From: Octopus vulgaris
Taxonomy: Eukaryota
Direction: 5' to 3'
NCBI GenBank assembly: GCA_951406725.2
Contig: OX597817.1
Span: 105,028,001 to 105,092,000, forward strand
Length of the DNA: 64,000 nucleotides
Shown: piece after piece, positions 27,339-41,770 of the stretch
How positions within the stretch are numbered: the stretch's first letter is position 1
How the letters are laid out: each line of letters starts with the position of its first letter
Made by a program: the position numbers and the translations under genes
The notes under the pieces: model-generated
Database searches by the model: none
Seen by the model: only the letters and a program-made list of their open reading frames with translations
Told to the model about the DNA's origin: nothing

Positions 27339-27368
<30 letters not shown>

Positions 27369-27454
27369 TGTATGTATGTATGTATGTATGTATGTATGTA
27401 TGTATGTATGTATGTATGTATGTATGCATGCATGCATGCATACATGTATGTATG

Positions 27455-27487
<33 letters not shown>

Positions 27488-27814
27488 GTGTATGTGTGTA
27501 TGTATGTGTGTAAATGTGTATGTATGTGTGTATGTATGTATCCAATTGTGGGGCTCTGTTTCTAGATTTTGAGGAGTGTGGAACCACCTCTTAATCACTG
27601 TTGTTCTCAGGTCTATTCTGACTCGGAATAGTAACATCTGTCAAGGTCCCAGCTTTGGGTCAAACAGGATATGTGACGATAATCCTTCAGAGAGCGGGGA
27701 AACAGAAATACTCTTGGTTGGTGTCGGGATGTAAAACTACCTTTAGTGAGGAACACTCAGCTATTGTCAAAGCATCCTTTTTTGAAACCATTATTTTTGC
27801 AATTGCTATGATTG

Positions 27815-27995
27815 TCGATTTAGCGGAATCGTTAGAGCACCGGAAAATGCCACGCGGCTCTTTACGTTCTATGTTCAGATTCTGCCGAAGTCAACTTTGC
27901 TTTCCCTCATTGAAGGACCAATAAAATAATGCTAAGCATGTAATAGTCAATATAATCGACTATTATTACCTACCATCAAATTTCAGGCCTTGATG
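27815..27995 (+). mobile_element. Degraded SINE (family A)
   Basis: gcggaatcgttag, gttcagattctgccgaagtcaactttgcttt. Confidence 0.55.
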
Positions 27996-28025
27996 TAAAA
28001 AAGTTATTGATAAGACTGTGAATGG

Positions 28026-28125
<100 letters not shown>

Positions 28126-28140
28126 TTATCTATCTATCTA

Positions 28141-28770
28141 TAAATACTGTCCTTGCCAGAGCACGTTCTATGGACCGTGCTTCTGCTCTCTCCCCCACAC
28201 CCGCCCACCGTCACCCGTCTCCCGTTTCCCCTCACATACCATCCCAGCACCCTACCTCTCCAACGTACCTTTTCCAGTCCCACACTCTCGCCTCCCCACA
28301 CTCCAACACTACCACACCACACACCACCACACCATCACACCGCACACCACCACATCACACCACCCCGCGCACACTAGCACTGACCACTTCCCAGCACCCA
28401 CACCATCATCCACACAACTACACATGCACACACGCACACGGCAAGGTCACCAGCCCCCTTCCACACGTACATGTACGCTCTCACATTTATATGCACGCGC
28501 ACCTTCGTTTTGGGATCACCACTACTTTATTATCTTCCCCGCTTCCTAGCTCTCCTGCGGATCCCTCTGTCCGGCATTCGCCATGATAGATCGCTAGCCA
28601 CTAAGTCTTTTTTATTTTCTCTCCCTGTTTATTTTTGTGTTCCTTTCTGTCGAAGAGCGTAGGCCCGAAACGTTAAAGACTTTCTCACTTCCTGAGCGTT
28701 AAATTAATACACCTGTTTGTTGTTTACACACGCGTCCTCGTCTTTTGTTTTTTTTGTTGTAAATTGTCAC
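28141..28770 (+). mobile_element. Penelope-like pLTR remnant
   Basis: C/A-rich body; hammerhead-like tcgaagagcgtaggcccgaaacgtt at 28650-28674; ends in (TA)n. Confidence 0.5.
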
Positions 28771-28789
28771 TATATATATATATATACAC

Positions 28790-28867
<78 letters not shown>

Positions 28868-28870
<3 letters not shown>

Positions 28871-28980
28871 CGTGGGTATTTGGTAAGAAGCTTGCTTCCC
28901 AACCACATGGTTCCGGGTTCAGGCCTACTACGTGGCACCTTGGACAAGTGTCTTCTACTCTAGCCTGGGTCGACCAAAGT
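28868..28980 (+). mobile_element. SINE (family B) tRNA head
   Basis: ggcgtgggtatttggtaagaagcttgcttcccaaccacatggttccgggttca. Confidence 0.75.
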
Positions 28981-29145
28981 ATTATCAGTTCATAAACGAC
29001 TGAACATATCTGTTTAATTACTGTAAATGTTATTGATAATATTTAAATGGAATGTGACCTATTTTTTGTTAATTTATTCCCGTGTACCACGGTGACAACT
29101 TTGAACTTCTACCTGGTTGAATAATCTTTCACTTTCGCCCTTTAC

Positions 29146-29261
29146 CTGTCCAAATCAGTTTCACAATTTTCTCCTGCTTTCAGTCTTTTAATTAGGTCTT
29201 GTTTCATACGTTGTGAGTAATATAAAACTTTCCTTACATCAGTTCCAAGCTGCTCTGGCAG
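29146..29261 (-). CDS. Candidate internal exon (116 nt, phase 0 to 2) of unknown host gene
   Basis: Poly-T + CAG acceptor, AG|GTAAAG donor, open LPEQLGTDVRKVLYYSQRMKQDLIKRLKAGENCETDLD; non-repetitive. Confidence 0.6.
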
Positions 29262-30112
29262 CTGAAAAAAAAAATTGGTGATGTATATCATATATATGAT
29301 GCATGTGAACGCCAGGAAAATATGCCTTGTGTATCCATTTGTTATTTCAGCAATTGAACAAAATCGTTTAAAATAATCAAACACTAGAGTGTGTACGAAA
29401 TACCAGATTATATTTCCTCTTACTATATTGTCTATTTCCACATTTTATTGACAAGGACTCTAGCACGTCGAAACATTAAAATTTCTTTTTATTTTTGAGT
29501 TGTCACCTTTGTCTTTGAGCATTGTTCAACTATCTTTAACTCTTCTCCATACATATTTGGTTTTCAATAATTAAAGTTATCGTGCTAGTCACATTGTGTT
29601 AGAACCTACTTCACTATCTATTAAGTGGACACATTGTCTTTACTTTATTGACACTTGATACCTCTGCTCTATCTGTGTAACACAGCAATCACTCTTATTC
29701 ATAAACAAATTAAATACATGATATCTGCCTCTGACTCCTCGTCTCTGTTTCTGTCGTTCTCTGTTTCTCTCTGTCTCTTCGTCTCTGACTGTCTTTATAT
29801 CTCTGTCTTTGCCTCTTTCTGTTTCCTTGTTTCTCTCTCTCTCTTTCTCTCCCTTTCTCTTTCTCTCACATACTCATTCTCCTCTCTCTCTCCCTTTCTT
29901 TCTCTCTCTCTCACATACACTCACTCTCTCTCACCCATCCTCTCTTCCCAACCTTTCCAATTACACGGTCTGCATTAATCGTTAGTTCATCGACAGTACA
30001 TATCGAAGTTTCCATGAAAATTAAAAAAAAAAATTTTATAACTTATATTCTTTAACTGATTTCAACCATTTAACTGCGGCCATGCTGGAGCGCCGCTTTC
30101 GTGGGTTTTGAC

Positions 30113-30330
30113 CAGTGGTTTCCAACCGGGGTCCATATGACCCTTTGGGATCCATACAAATTTTTTTATGTCAAAATGTATGTGCAATGAATTGGTTAAT
30201 ACTCAAACTATTTCAAATTTTTTTTTATACAATACCTAATGATATTTAATCATAAAACTACACAGCAAATGGCTATAGTAAAATAGGAATCAAAGAGGTC
30301 CATAGGCAAAAAAATGGTTGAGAAGCACTG
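30113..30330. mobile_element. hAT/Charlie-like MITE nested in a SINE fragment
   Basis: TIRs cagtggtttccaacc / ggttgagaagcactg; target-site duplication degenerate. Confidence 0.7.
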
Positions 30331-30671
30331 GGTTAGAGAATCATATCGATTCCAGTGCTTAAAATTTGGAACATACTGATCTCTGCAATGTTTGTGGATG
30401 TTGGCATCATTGAATGGCTGAGAAATTCATTCGGCAACCTTGAGGTCTTGAGAAATTTCCTTTACCATAGCCTCGTTTCGACCCAAGCCTGTGAATGAAA
30501 TTGACTGGGCGGAAACTGTGAGGAACCGCTGGATAAATTGAACCTTTAATTCAAATGTCCACTCTTGTCATATATCGTGTCATGCTGATTCGGCCTAAAA
30601 GTTACATTAAGTGTACTCATGAATGTATAAATAAATATATTTGAATGTGTGTGTGTATACACACACACACA

Positions 30672-30713
<42 letters not shown>

Positions 30714-30806
30714 TATAAATATATTTAAATATACATATATAAATATATATATAAGTATATATACATATACACACATACATATACATGTAAGTATATATAA
30801 TATATA

Positions 30807-30892
<86 letters not shown>

Positions 30893-30901
30893 CACACACA
30901 G

Positions 30902-30944
<43 letters not shown>

Positions 30945-30947
30945 CAC

Positions 30948-31557
30948 ACAAGGGGATACCTCACCTTATGTCTTTAATTGGTTCCAGGTGACACGACTTA
31001 AGTCGACAAACGACAGAAGACGAATTAACTTGTTTCTAGGCTAGGCTAGACCGAATTTACTTGTCTCTAGGCTAAACCGATAATAACCATTCCCAGTTCT
31101 GTACTTTATTTATGAATGCATTTTCAATAATACATTGTTAATAAAAACCTATTTTTAGCTTACAGATAAATAATACGCTATTTTTTAAGTAAAAAAAAGT
31201 AATCTAAATTTACGAATACAATTTGGCGGTGTTTACCGTACATCGCAGACGCTTTATTTATGAATGCGGTTTGCAATAAGACATGGTAAAATAAAAGCTT
31301 CTTTTAAGCTTAAAAAACAAATTAAAGTAATTATTATTATTTTGCAATAGTAAAAAAAAAAACTAAAATATTTAAAATTTACCAGTACATACATACAATT
31401 TGGTGGCTTACATCGCGGATGTAGACGGTTGTGGATCGTCAGCATCAACAGCTGACTAAGGCTGTTCTTGTTCTTCGATGCGCTTAAAAAACTGGTTGAG
31501 AGTTCCTTGATAGATCTTTTCTGAGGCTGTTCATTCAGCGACCATATTTCTTTCCGA

Positions 31558-31588
<31 letters not shown>

Positions 31589-32891
31589 CTTCTTCTTCTT
31601 CTTCTTCTTCTTCTTCTTCTTCTTCTTCTTCTTCTTCTTCTTCTTCTTCTTCTTCTTCTTCTTCTTCTTCTTCTTCTTCTTCTTCTTCTTCTTCTCAAGG
31701 ATTACATTATAAGGAGCAAAAGCTTCATGACAAGCACCCATAATCTTGGAAAAGCGTTGAGCATTTGGATCCATATTCTGGAACCTAGAAAGATCTTTTC
31801 CGATATATGCAAATGCTTGCTGCATTTTCTTAATAGTAAAGTGACGTGGATGAGGTTCGACTTTCTCTTCTTCTTTATTTTCTGCTCATGAAGCTCGTTC
31901 GTCAAGGGCTGCTTGTTTTTTCAAATAAATCTGTGAAATCCTCCTCCTCCTCAAAATCCATTTCCAGTTCTTTGCTCGTAGTCACCAACTGTACAGCCTT
32001 GTAGATATCGTATCTTTTCCAAAAGTCACGAAGTGTGATGGGCTCATCAAAATCAGTTGCAGCTATTGCTTGCCGCAGCGTACGCTTCATATAGTAACAC
32101 TTGAAGATAGCAATTATTCTTGATCCATTGGCTGCAGAAGAGATGTGGTGTTCAGAGGGAGCTATACGATGGTAATGTTGGGGTCAAAATCTACGATGCT
32201 TTGTGGGTGGCCAGGAGCATTATCTAAGATAAGTAAAACCTTAAAAGGAATCCCCTTCTCCTTACAGTACTTCTCTGCTGTTGGGATAAAAATATTGAAG
32301 AACCAATCTTCAAAAACAACAACAGTAACCCATGCTTTTGAATTAGCCATCCGTAGAACAGGGCGAGATGCCGTGGTTATGTTCTTCAGGGCACGGGGGT
32401 TGTGTGCATGATAGACCAGCAATGGCTTTAACTTAAAATCTCCTGCACAATCACCTCCCAACACACGTTATTTTGAGACCTTTTATCCTGGAATAGTTTT
32501 CTCCTTAGAAATCAATGACCGGTCTGGCAATTTTTTCCAATACAATCCAGCTTCGTCTACGTTCGGGAAGAAACCCGTTTTCAACGATGATTTTCTTTAA
32601 TGCAGTAGGAAATTCCGCTGCTGCTTGTTCGTCAGCTGATGCACTTTCACTGATTTCATGAGTTCGTTCACCAAGTTACAATACTTTGTGGTGTGAATCT
32701 TAACATTTACTGCACGTGTTTTAAAATGATTTTATGTGCTTTTAACGGTTTTCTAGTGATTTTACGATTCCAATATTTATGGCGGACAGACGTAAAGTTG
32801 AGTAAAATGACTTAACTTGATTTTTATTTTTTCATATATTATTTTTGAAAGCCAACGTATAATCGAAACGACTTAAGCCGAGATATGCCTG
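30948..32891 (-). mobile_element. Tigger/pogo DNA transposon, internally deleted
   Basis: GDFKLKPLLVYHAHNPRALKN..NSKAWVT..FEDWF..KVLLILDNAPGHP..NTTSLLQPMDQ; terminus TA|CAGGCATATCTCG; stops and frameshifts. Confidence 0.85.
31559..31695. repeat. (CTT/AAG)n, about 45 units
   Basis: Pure trinucleotide tract. Confidence 0.95.
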
Positions 32892-32978
<87 letters not shown>

Positions 32979-33062
32979 CAAAAAACCCTCATCTACTGCA
33001 TCACATGCCCACAATGCAATGAAAACTACATTGAGGAGGCAGGAAGGAAACTGACTACCCTT

Positions 33063-33539
33063 GTAAATGTGCATAAACAACAAATTAGGGATTCATCTCT
33101 TAGGAATGTCCCATGTAGTGAACTTCAAGATATCTGTGCAAATGGAAAATTTAAAATATTCCCATTTTACGATGAAAATGTTCAACTACGAAAGGCAAAA
33201 GAAGAATACTTTATAAGAATTCTAAATCAGAAATTAAACCGAAAATAGCCAACACTCCATATAATAAACAATGGTAAAAGAATATTTATGACTAAAACCA
33301 TAAGTCGGAAAATAAACCAGAAATAATGAATACTATCACTATCACAAAAGTAACAACTTCCTCTTTAAGAGCATGTGTGTTTGAAAAGGTTAAACGTAAG
33401 TGCTCACACAGAAAAAAATTTATTCCCCAAAAAGGTTAGTAACATCTGTGATAAAAGACTTCATAACATTTCTATAAAAAATGATTTAAAAAAAAATTAC
33501 CTTTACACTTCAAAACTGTTTTAAGTAATTCTCGTAGAC

Positions 33540-33546
<7 letters not shown>
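33063..33546 (+). mobile_element. Penelope-like GIY-YIG C-terminus and 3' region
   Basis: VHKQQIRDSSLRNVPCSELQDICANGKFKIFPFY..LRKAKEEYFIRILNQKLN*; ends at (TA)n. Confidence 0.7.
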
Positions 33547-33577
<31 letters not shown>

Positions 33578-34312
33578 GTGTGTGTGTTTGTGTGTGTGTG
33601 AAAACTTACTTTTAGCGAAAGTTGGAATGCATGGCGTTGGGTTACTCAATAAATGAAAAATGCATTAAATAAACAACGATAGCTAAAAACCGTACACGTA
33701 GGACAGACACAGATGGTCCTAATTCTATGACCGGTCTATGGGTTTACCATGGGTTTCACGTCCATAAAGGATTTAGCTTTACAACGAATCTTCTGACCCT
33801 AAACTCGTTGGCCTTGCTAGAGAGGCCATAGGCCAGTCTTAAGACACGTTGTAAAACTAAGCGCTTTATGAACAGAAAACCCAGAGTCACCCAATAGACC
33901 GGCCATATCTACATTTATCTATATAGTCTACTGCTCTATAACTTAGAGTGTGCTTCGTTTTCAGATTTATGATTTACTGACGATATATATATGTTGTATG
34001 TGTATGTGTGTGCGTCTGTGTATGAGTGTGTGTTAGTGTGTGTGATTTTGCCCAAGATGTATACAAATATATAAATAAATAAGTAGAATAACTAAATATG
34101 TTAACAGATAAATCAAAGTGGCTGGTTAATCACAACAGGAACGCCTTTGATCAGAAGTTAACTCAATCACGGTTGAGATGGGGTTAAACAATAACATAAC
34201 ACATTGGTTAGTATTGCGTATAATTTAACGACACACCCAAAAAATATAATAAGCCGTTATGCAAACAAACGAGCAAACTTATTTCAAGAAAAGAAAAATG
34301 GTCACTCAGTTA

Positions 34313-34395
<83 letters not shown>

Positions 34396-34602
34396 TCAAA
34401 GAAAAGATGCAGGAAAAGAATAGTAGTAGTAGTGATAGCAGCAGCAGAAGCAGCAGCAGCAGCAGTAGTAGTAGTGGTATATGCACATTTTAACGACACA
34501 CACCCATAAAAAAAATAGAATAAAATAGAATTTTGCAAGCACAACAGTGATGCTATTAAGAGCAAATGAAAAATGAGAGAAATTATGATTTTTACGCTAC
34601 AA

Positions 34603-34735
34603 ACTTCATAACGCTTGTCAATTATTGAATGTTATGATGCTGTTTCTACTACTACTACTACTACTACTGCTTGCAATGGTGCTGGTTGTGGTGGTGGTGG
34701 TGGTGGTAGTAGTAGTAGTAGTAGTACTAGTAGTC

Positions 34736-34769
<34 letters not shown>

Positions 34770-34812
34770 CAACAGCATCATAACATTCAATAAATGACAA
34801 GCGTTATGAAGT
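34603..34812. repeat. Short foldback inverted repeat around (TAC/GTA)n
   Basis: acttcataacgcttgtcaattattgaatgttatgatgctgtt mirrored at 34771-34812. Confidence 0.9.
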
Positions 34813-34984
34813 AGTAGTAGTAGTGTTGATGGTGGTGTAGAGTTTGGTCAGCCTAATCCGTGATAATCAAACACGTTTGCCGTTATATATGGCAACGTTG
34901 TACCATGTCTCCGTCTTTACATGACTGTACGAGTGTGACATGGTGGAGATTCGCTAGCTCTCTCTCTCTCTTTATATATATATA

Positions 34985-35373
<389 letters not shown>

Positions 35374-35570
35374 GTGTGTATCTGTTTTAAATTGTCCTTT
35401 CAGCATTCTAAGTAATAAATAAATAACTCAACTTTGATGTCTCGATAACCCAAAATAAATGGACTTAATATAGAATACAATGCAATTACACAGAATTGTA
35501 GAAATCTATGGCAGAGATTTCATTTTTGAGTATACGAAATATTTATTGGTGGTTTCTCCGATTTACTCAC

Positions 35571-35638
35571 TTGGTAGTTTCGTTGAGTGCGCCTAGGTAT
35601 TTTGAACATGCACACAGAAACACAGTAATTCAGAACAT
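35571..35638 (-). CDS. Candidate exon (68 nt) containing a possible start codon
   Basis: catttcag acceptor, CAA|GTGAGT donor; VLNYCVSVC-MFKIPRRTQRNYQ ends in phase 0, matching exon 29146-29261. Confidence 0.55.
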
Positions 35639-36200
35639 CTGAAATATGTATAATGTAGATAAATCTATGGTTATTTAATAGAAAACCATTACATTGTAGA
35701 TTGAGATGATGTGAAATCATCATACTGTTCACTTAAGTATACAGAAAACTATTTGCCAATTTCCTTAGAAATCTACCAACATATAGCTGTAGCTAATCCG
35801 GAAGTACCATAAACGGCCTTCATTTGCATATAATAAATTAATCGGTTACATAATTAAGTAAGCAGTGTATATAACAATTCAAATGAGTATTTCTTTGAAT
35901 AGATGAGAAATAAAAAGTATGTTTTCTCTAATGAGGAAAAAAAAACCCTGAAACTAACCTGTGAGAAAGTTTCTAGTTATTTTAAAAGAATATTTGCCTG
36001 TTTACACAGGAATCATAAATTTATAGCCCCCAAATAAAAAACTGTAACTATTCACACATCATACATATTTTCTCTTCTTATGTGTCCGTGTTCCAGTGTT
36101 TGCGCGCGCTCGCGTGTATACATAAATAAATACATACATATATGCATATATATATATATGTATATGTATATTTGAAGGTTTGGAGATGATGTACAGGTTT

Positions 36201-36812
36201 TATATATTAGAAGAAATAAGGTACTCAGAAATCTGGACGGTTTTATATTTACAGATTTTTATTAATATGTCAGATGTTTTTATAAATCATATAATAGCGC
36301 TTGCATCCACTCTAGTGGATTCTTCAGATTGAATTTTTTGAGGAGATTTGTCTCTTTTTATAGTATTATTGAGTGTATAGTGGTGGAGAGAGATATAGGA
36401 TAGTAAAAGAGGGTGAGGAATGGGGAGAAAGTGAGAGAGTGCGTGTGTGTGTGTGTGACTTTGTATCTGAAAGGAGTATCAATGGAAAAGAGAAGGAAAG
36501 GAAGAAGGAAGAGAGAAAGAAGAAAAAATGTGTTTACTTCCAGACAGCATTTTCCAGTGACACTTCTTTCAGATACAGACACACACATACCCCCACGCAG
36601 TCTCTCCCACTTTCTCCCCATTCCTCACCCTCTTTTACTATCCTATATCTCTCTCCATCCTTATACACTCAATAATACCATAAAAAGAGACGAATCTCTA
36701 GAGTGGATGCAAGCGCTAATATATGATTTATAAAAACATATGACATATTAATTAAAATCTGTAAATATAAAACCATCCAGATTTCTGAGTACCTTATTTC
36801 TTCTAATATATA
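36201..36812. repeat. Inverted pair of Penelope-like pLTR segments
   Basis: Arms ~36201-36490 and ~36551-36812; hammerhead-like ctgaagaatccactagagtggatgcaagcgcta on the minus strand of the left arm. Confidence 0.8.
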
Positions 36813-36817
36813 TATAC

Positions 36818-37028
<211 letters not shown>

Positions 37029-37290
37029 ATATTTGTATATATATGTACATATATGTATGTATACAGAAAGAAAACAGACCGACGAACACATCTATATATA
37101 TCTACACCCCCGGAAAAAATTATACATGTGACACTGCTACACATACCGTACACCCCATCCTCTCAGGAGTATCCCATCAATAATACACACTTTCCCCTCT
37201 TCAAGATAACCTGTTGCTGGCTTCACAGCAAACCCAACCAAAGGACATAACTCGTAAACTAATCCCCTGGCCCCTTTTTCGTTTCACCAC

Positions 37291-37306
37291 GTTTTCCATA
37301 GCAACC
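37291..37306. promoter_or_regulatory. RFX X-box-like motif
   Basis: gttttccatagcaac resembles GTTNCCATRGNAAC; lies in unique sequence ~145 bp upstream of a minus-strand ACG|GTATGT donor at 37147/37146. Confidence 0.3.
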
Positions 37307-37494
37307 GCTGACCGGTTGTGCTAATCCACGTCCGCAATAGAGAGCAGTCGTCATATTTCCTTCAGTATCAGCTAACTCTAATGAGCGTAAAGTTATATAA
37401 ACAGTTTGTTACCTAACACACACACTCCATTGTATTCTTTACGCGAAACCGATTGATAAAACCAGCCGTGATGGATATTTAATATTATACATTT

Positions 37495-37602
<108 letters not shown>

Positions 37603-38250
37603 TAATAATAAAGGATTAAAACGTTAAATATTTTATCAGAACCAACATATAATATAGACCTTTTAAGGTGATTCATATATATAGATTTATAATAGTATGA
37701 AATACAATTATAATTAAGGACACAGAAGAGACCATGCGTATGCAGAAAATAGACGTTAAATCGTCAAACCACTTAAAATTTTCGCTTCTATGGTACACAT
37801 GTGTTGAAATCGAGAGAGTAGGCTCATAGAAATTCATAAAATAGTTAGCTTCGACTGATGAATTTCTGGATTAGACTAATAACTTTTTCTCAACAGTAAG
37901 ATATACTGAGGGAAATAAATGAGATATTTATACATACCCACAGGAAGGCAAACGCAAAGCTACGATTACATACAAATACCACAAAAATATCCGCATCGAA
38001 TTTTGTTGTCTATCTCAGCACGTGTGTATTTGGTTAGAGTAATACAGAAGTGACTAGACTGTCCCGAAATGAATGGAAGTTATTCAATTATAATAAAGGA
38101 TAACATCGTTCAAGATTTTATCAGTGACCAGAATTTAATATAGCCCTATTAAGGTCAACTCATATGTAGAGATTTATAATAGTATAAACTACAATTATAA
38201 TTAAGGGCATTGAAATGACCATGCCAAAGTTGAAAATAGGCACTAAATCT

Positions 38251-38950
38251 TATGGGCTCCAAAAAGCTAGCAGGAACCTCCTGAAATGTAAACATAGTTC
38301 GAAAATCTCCACCTCCAGCGATGCTAGCACCAGCAGTACCAGTTCCAGCAACAACAATGTCGGCGGCAGCAGCAACAACAACAATAGCAACACCAACAGG
38401 TACAACACCGACAACACACGCCCACGGAGATACATTGGACGTTCTAAAAACTCTTTTAAGCAACGTCTTTCCAAACAACAGGTCCTCCTTCAGAGTTCCG
38501 AAATGGAAATACATAACATCACTGGCCAGCCACATCTGGCAACTAAGAGACGATGAGATTCCATACTCGATTTCATGGAAAATCCTCGAGAACCCAGGCC
38601 CCTACATCAACGGGACGAAGCATTGCAAGATATGCATAGCTGAACGCACGAGAATCCTAAAAGACTCACTCGAACCAGAGAACATCCTTAACTCCAGAAC
38701 GGAGATTTTCGAGCCATGCTTACATTCCAGGAGGTTCCTGATAGCTTTTTAGAGCCCACAAGAAGGCGGTACAGCCAGAAGGGAGATAATCCCCAATTGT
38801 TACCTATGAGTAGTGAGGCATTCCCCCTCCATATTGTTAAGAGGTCATAGGCCAACAGGTTTTTGGGGTCTGATGATACGACATAAAGCTAAATCCTTTA
38901 TGCATAGGAAACCTAAAATAATCCCATAAACCAGCCTTCCCCATTTTTAA
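38251..38950 (+). mobile_element. Penelope-like GIY-YIG endonuclease fragment with inverted 5' piece and hammerhead motif
   Basis: RYIGRSKNSFKQR / SSF..TSLASHIWQL..ISWKIL..CKICIAE..LNSRTEIFEPCLH; 38251-38310 is the reverse complement of 38701-38760. Confidence 0.85.
38864..38926 (+). ncRNA. Type I hammerhead ribozyme-like motif
   Basis: Stem I tggggt/atccca, CTGATGA core, stem II cataaag/ctttatg, GAAA, UA site; stem III degenerate. Confidence 0.55.
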
Positions 38951-38989
38951 TATATATGCGTATATCCAGCTGTATATGTGTGTGTGTGC

Positions 38990-39024
<35 letters not shown>

Positions 39025-39032
<8 letters not shown>

Positions 39033-40002
39033 AAAAAAGGTTTGAAAATGCAATTTAAACGATGTTATATTTATACCGGTTTACTCTTTGGTAAAAGATT
39101 GTCAAAAAACATTTGAAACATTGAATAAATGATGTTCAAAATTTTTTTAATAATTTCACATTGAATATTAAAGCATTGTCAAAAGTTTTTACATAATTGA
39201 AACATTGAATATTATGCATTCAAAAAAGTTTTTTACATAATTGTCACATTGAATATTATGCATTCAAAAAAGTTTTTTACATAATTGTCACATTGAATAT
39301 TATGCATTCAAAAAAGTTTTTTACATAATTGTCACATTGGATATTATGAATTCAAAAATGTTTTTTTATACATAATTGTCACATTACATGTATAAATATA
39401 GTGTTTGGTAACAGAGAAGTTCAATAGTGTGATGAGAATATTTGGGAAAATTTGGCAGAAAAGGATAAAACAAATATATTATTGGGAATTGGTTGCGTTA
39501 ATTATTGGTTGTCGCAAATTGTCACATTACATGTATATATATACAATCTTTGGTATATATATACAGCGTTTTGACAGCAAAAATTAAAATGGATTTTTTG
39601 TACATCTCAGAATATTTTAAGTATGTTTTTACTGACCTGTCAGTATTAGCAGAAAGGCTGAACTGAGAGAACAGAAGAAGTAGCCAATGTGGTGTATACT
39701 TCCCCTTTATGCATGAATGATTTTGGGGTTATCAGGAGGTTAGTATGCGGGTGTGAATAGATGTGTCCGTGACTGCTGGTCAGACAGCGTCTGTTTGTCA
39801 CACACATATATATACACACAAACACACACACACACAACAACACACACACACACACACATAGTATACAAACACACACCACATACAAACAACACACACACAC
39901 ACAGAACACACACACCCACACACAACGCACCCACATATATCACATATACACACAGCACACAAATATAACATGTATCTATATATAACATACACAGATATAT
40001 AA

Positions 40003-40055
<53 letters not shown>

Positions 40056-40872
40056 CACACGCACACATACATACATAATATAAATATCACACAAATACAC
40101 CTAGCATATATATACACACATACAATACACACATACAGCATGTAAGCAATATACATACACAATATATGCATGCAATATACATCCGCAATACATACATATA
40201 ATATATATATATATATAGACAATGCATATACATATATACACATATACATATAAATAGTGTTTACATACACATACATAGATGTACCACATATACACACAAC
40301 ACACATACATACAATGCATACACATACACGTACGCATACATATAATATATATATACACACATACACACACATACATACATACACACACAATGCATACATA
40401 TATATACACGCAATGCATATACATGTATTCATGCACATATAGCACACCTACAATATACATATATATACACACATACACACAAATATATACACTTAATTGT
40501 ACACGTACATATACAATACACATACATACAATATACATATACACAATGCGCATGCAAATAATGTACATGTTTATACACACATAAACATGCAAATAAATAT
40601 ACACACACACACATACACACACACACATATATATACACACATATATATATATATATATATACACACATACATACATACATACATGCACATACATATATTT
40701 TTTCACACACATACACACACATATATATATAAAAATTCACCCCCACACACACACGTGTGTGTGCACGTGTGTATATATGTGTGTGTGTGTGTGCACTGTG
40801 TGCGGTGTGTGTGTATGTGTGTGTGTGTGTGTGTGAGCATTGTGTACGTGTGTATGTATTTACATATGTATC

Positions 40873-40926
<54 letters not shown>

Positions 40927-41731
40927 TGTGTGTGTATATGTGGTATGTGTGTATATGTTAGTACTTTGTTTGTGTGTGTGTGCGGCATGTAGAGATATAT
41001 TTGAGTGTGTACGCTATAGGTTTGTAATTTGTGTGTGTGGGGGGGTGAATTTTTATATATATATATGTGTGTGTATGTGTGTGAAAAAATATATGTATGT
41101 GCATGTATGTATGTATGTATGTGTGTATATATATATATATATATGTGTATATATATGTGTGTGTGTGTATGTGTGTGTGTGTATATTTATTTGCATGTTT
41201 ATGTGTGTATAAACATGTACATTATTTGCATGCGCATTGTGTATATGTATATTGTATGTATGTGTATTGTATATGTACGTGTACAATTAAGTGTATATAT
41301 TTGTGTGTATGTGTGCACTGTATATATGTATATTGTAGGTGTGCTATATGTGCATGAATACATGTATATGCATTGCGTGTATATATATGTATGCATTGTG
41401 TGTGTATGTATGTTATGTGTGTGTGTGTGTGTATATATATATTATATGTATGCGTACGTGTATGTGTATGCATTGTATGTATGTGTGTTGTGTGTATATG
41501 TGGTACATCTATGTATGTGTATGTAAACACTATTTATATGTATATGTGTATATATGTATATGCATTGTCTATATATATATATATATTATATGTATGTATT
41601 GCGGATGTATATTGCATGCATATATTGTGTATGTATATTGCTTACATGCTGTATGTGTGTATTGTATGTGTGTATATATATGCTAGGTGTATTTGTGTGA
41701 TATTTATATTATGTATGTATGTGTGCGTGTG

Positions 41732-41770
<39 letters not shown>

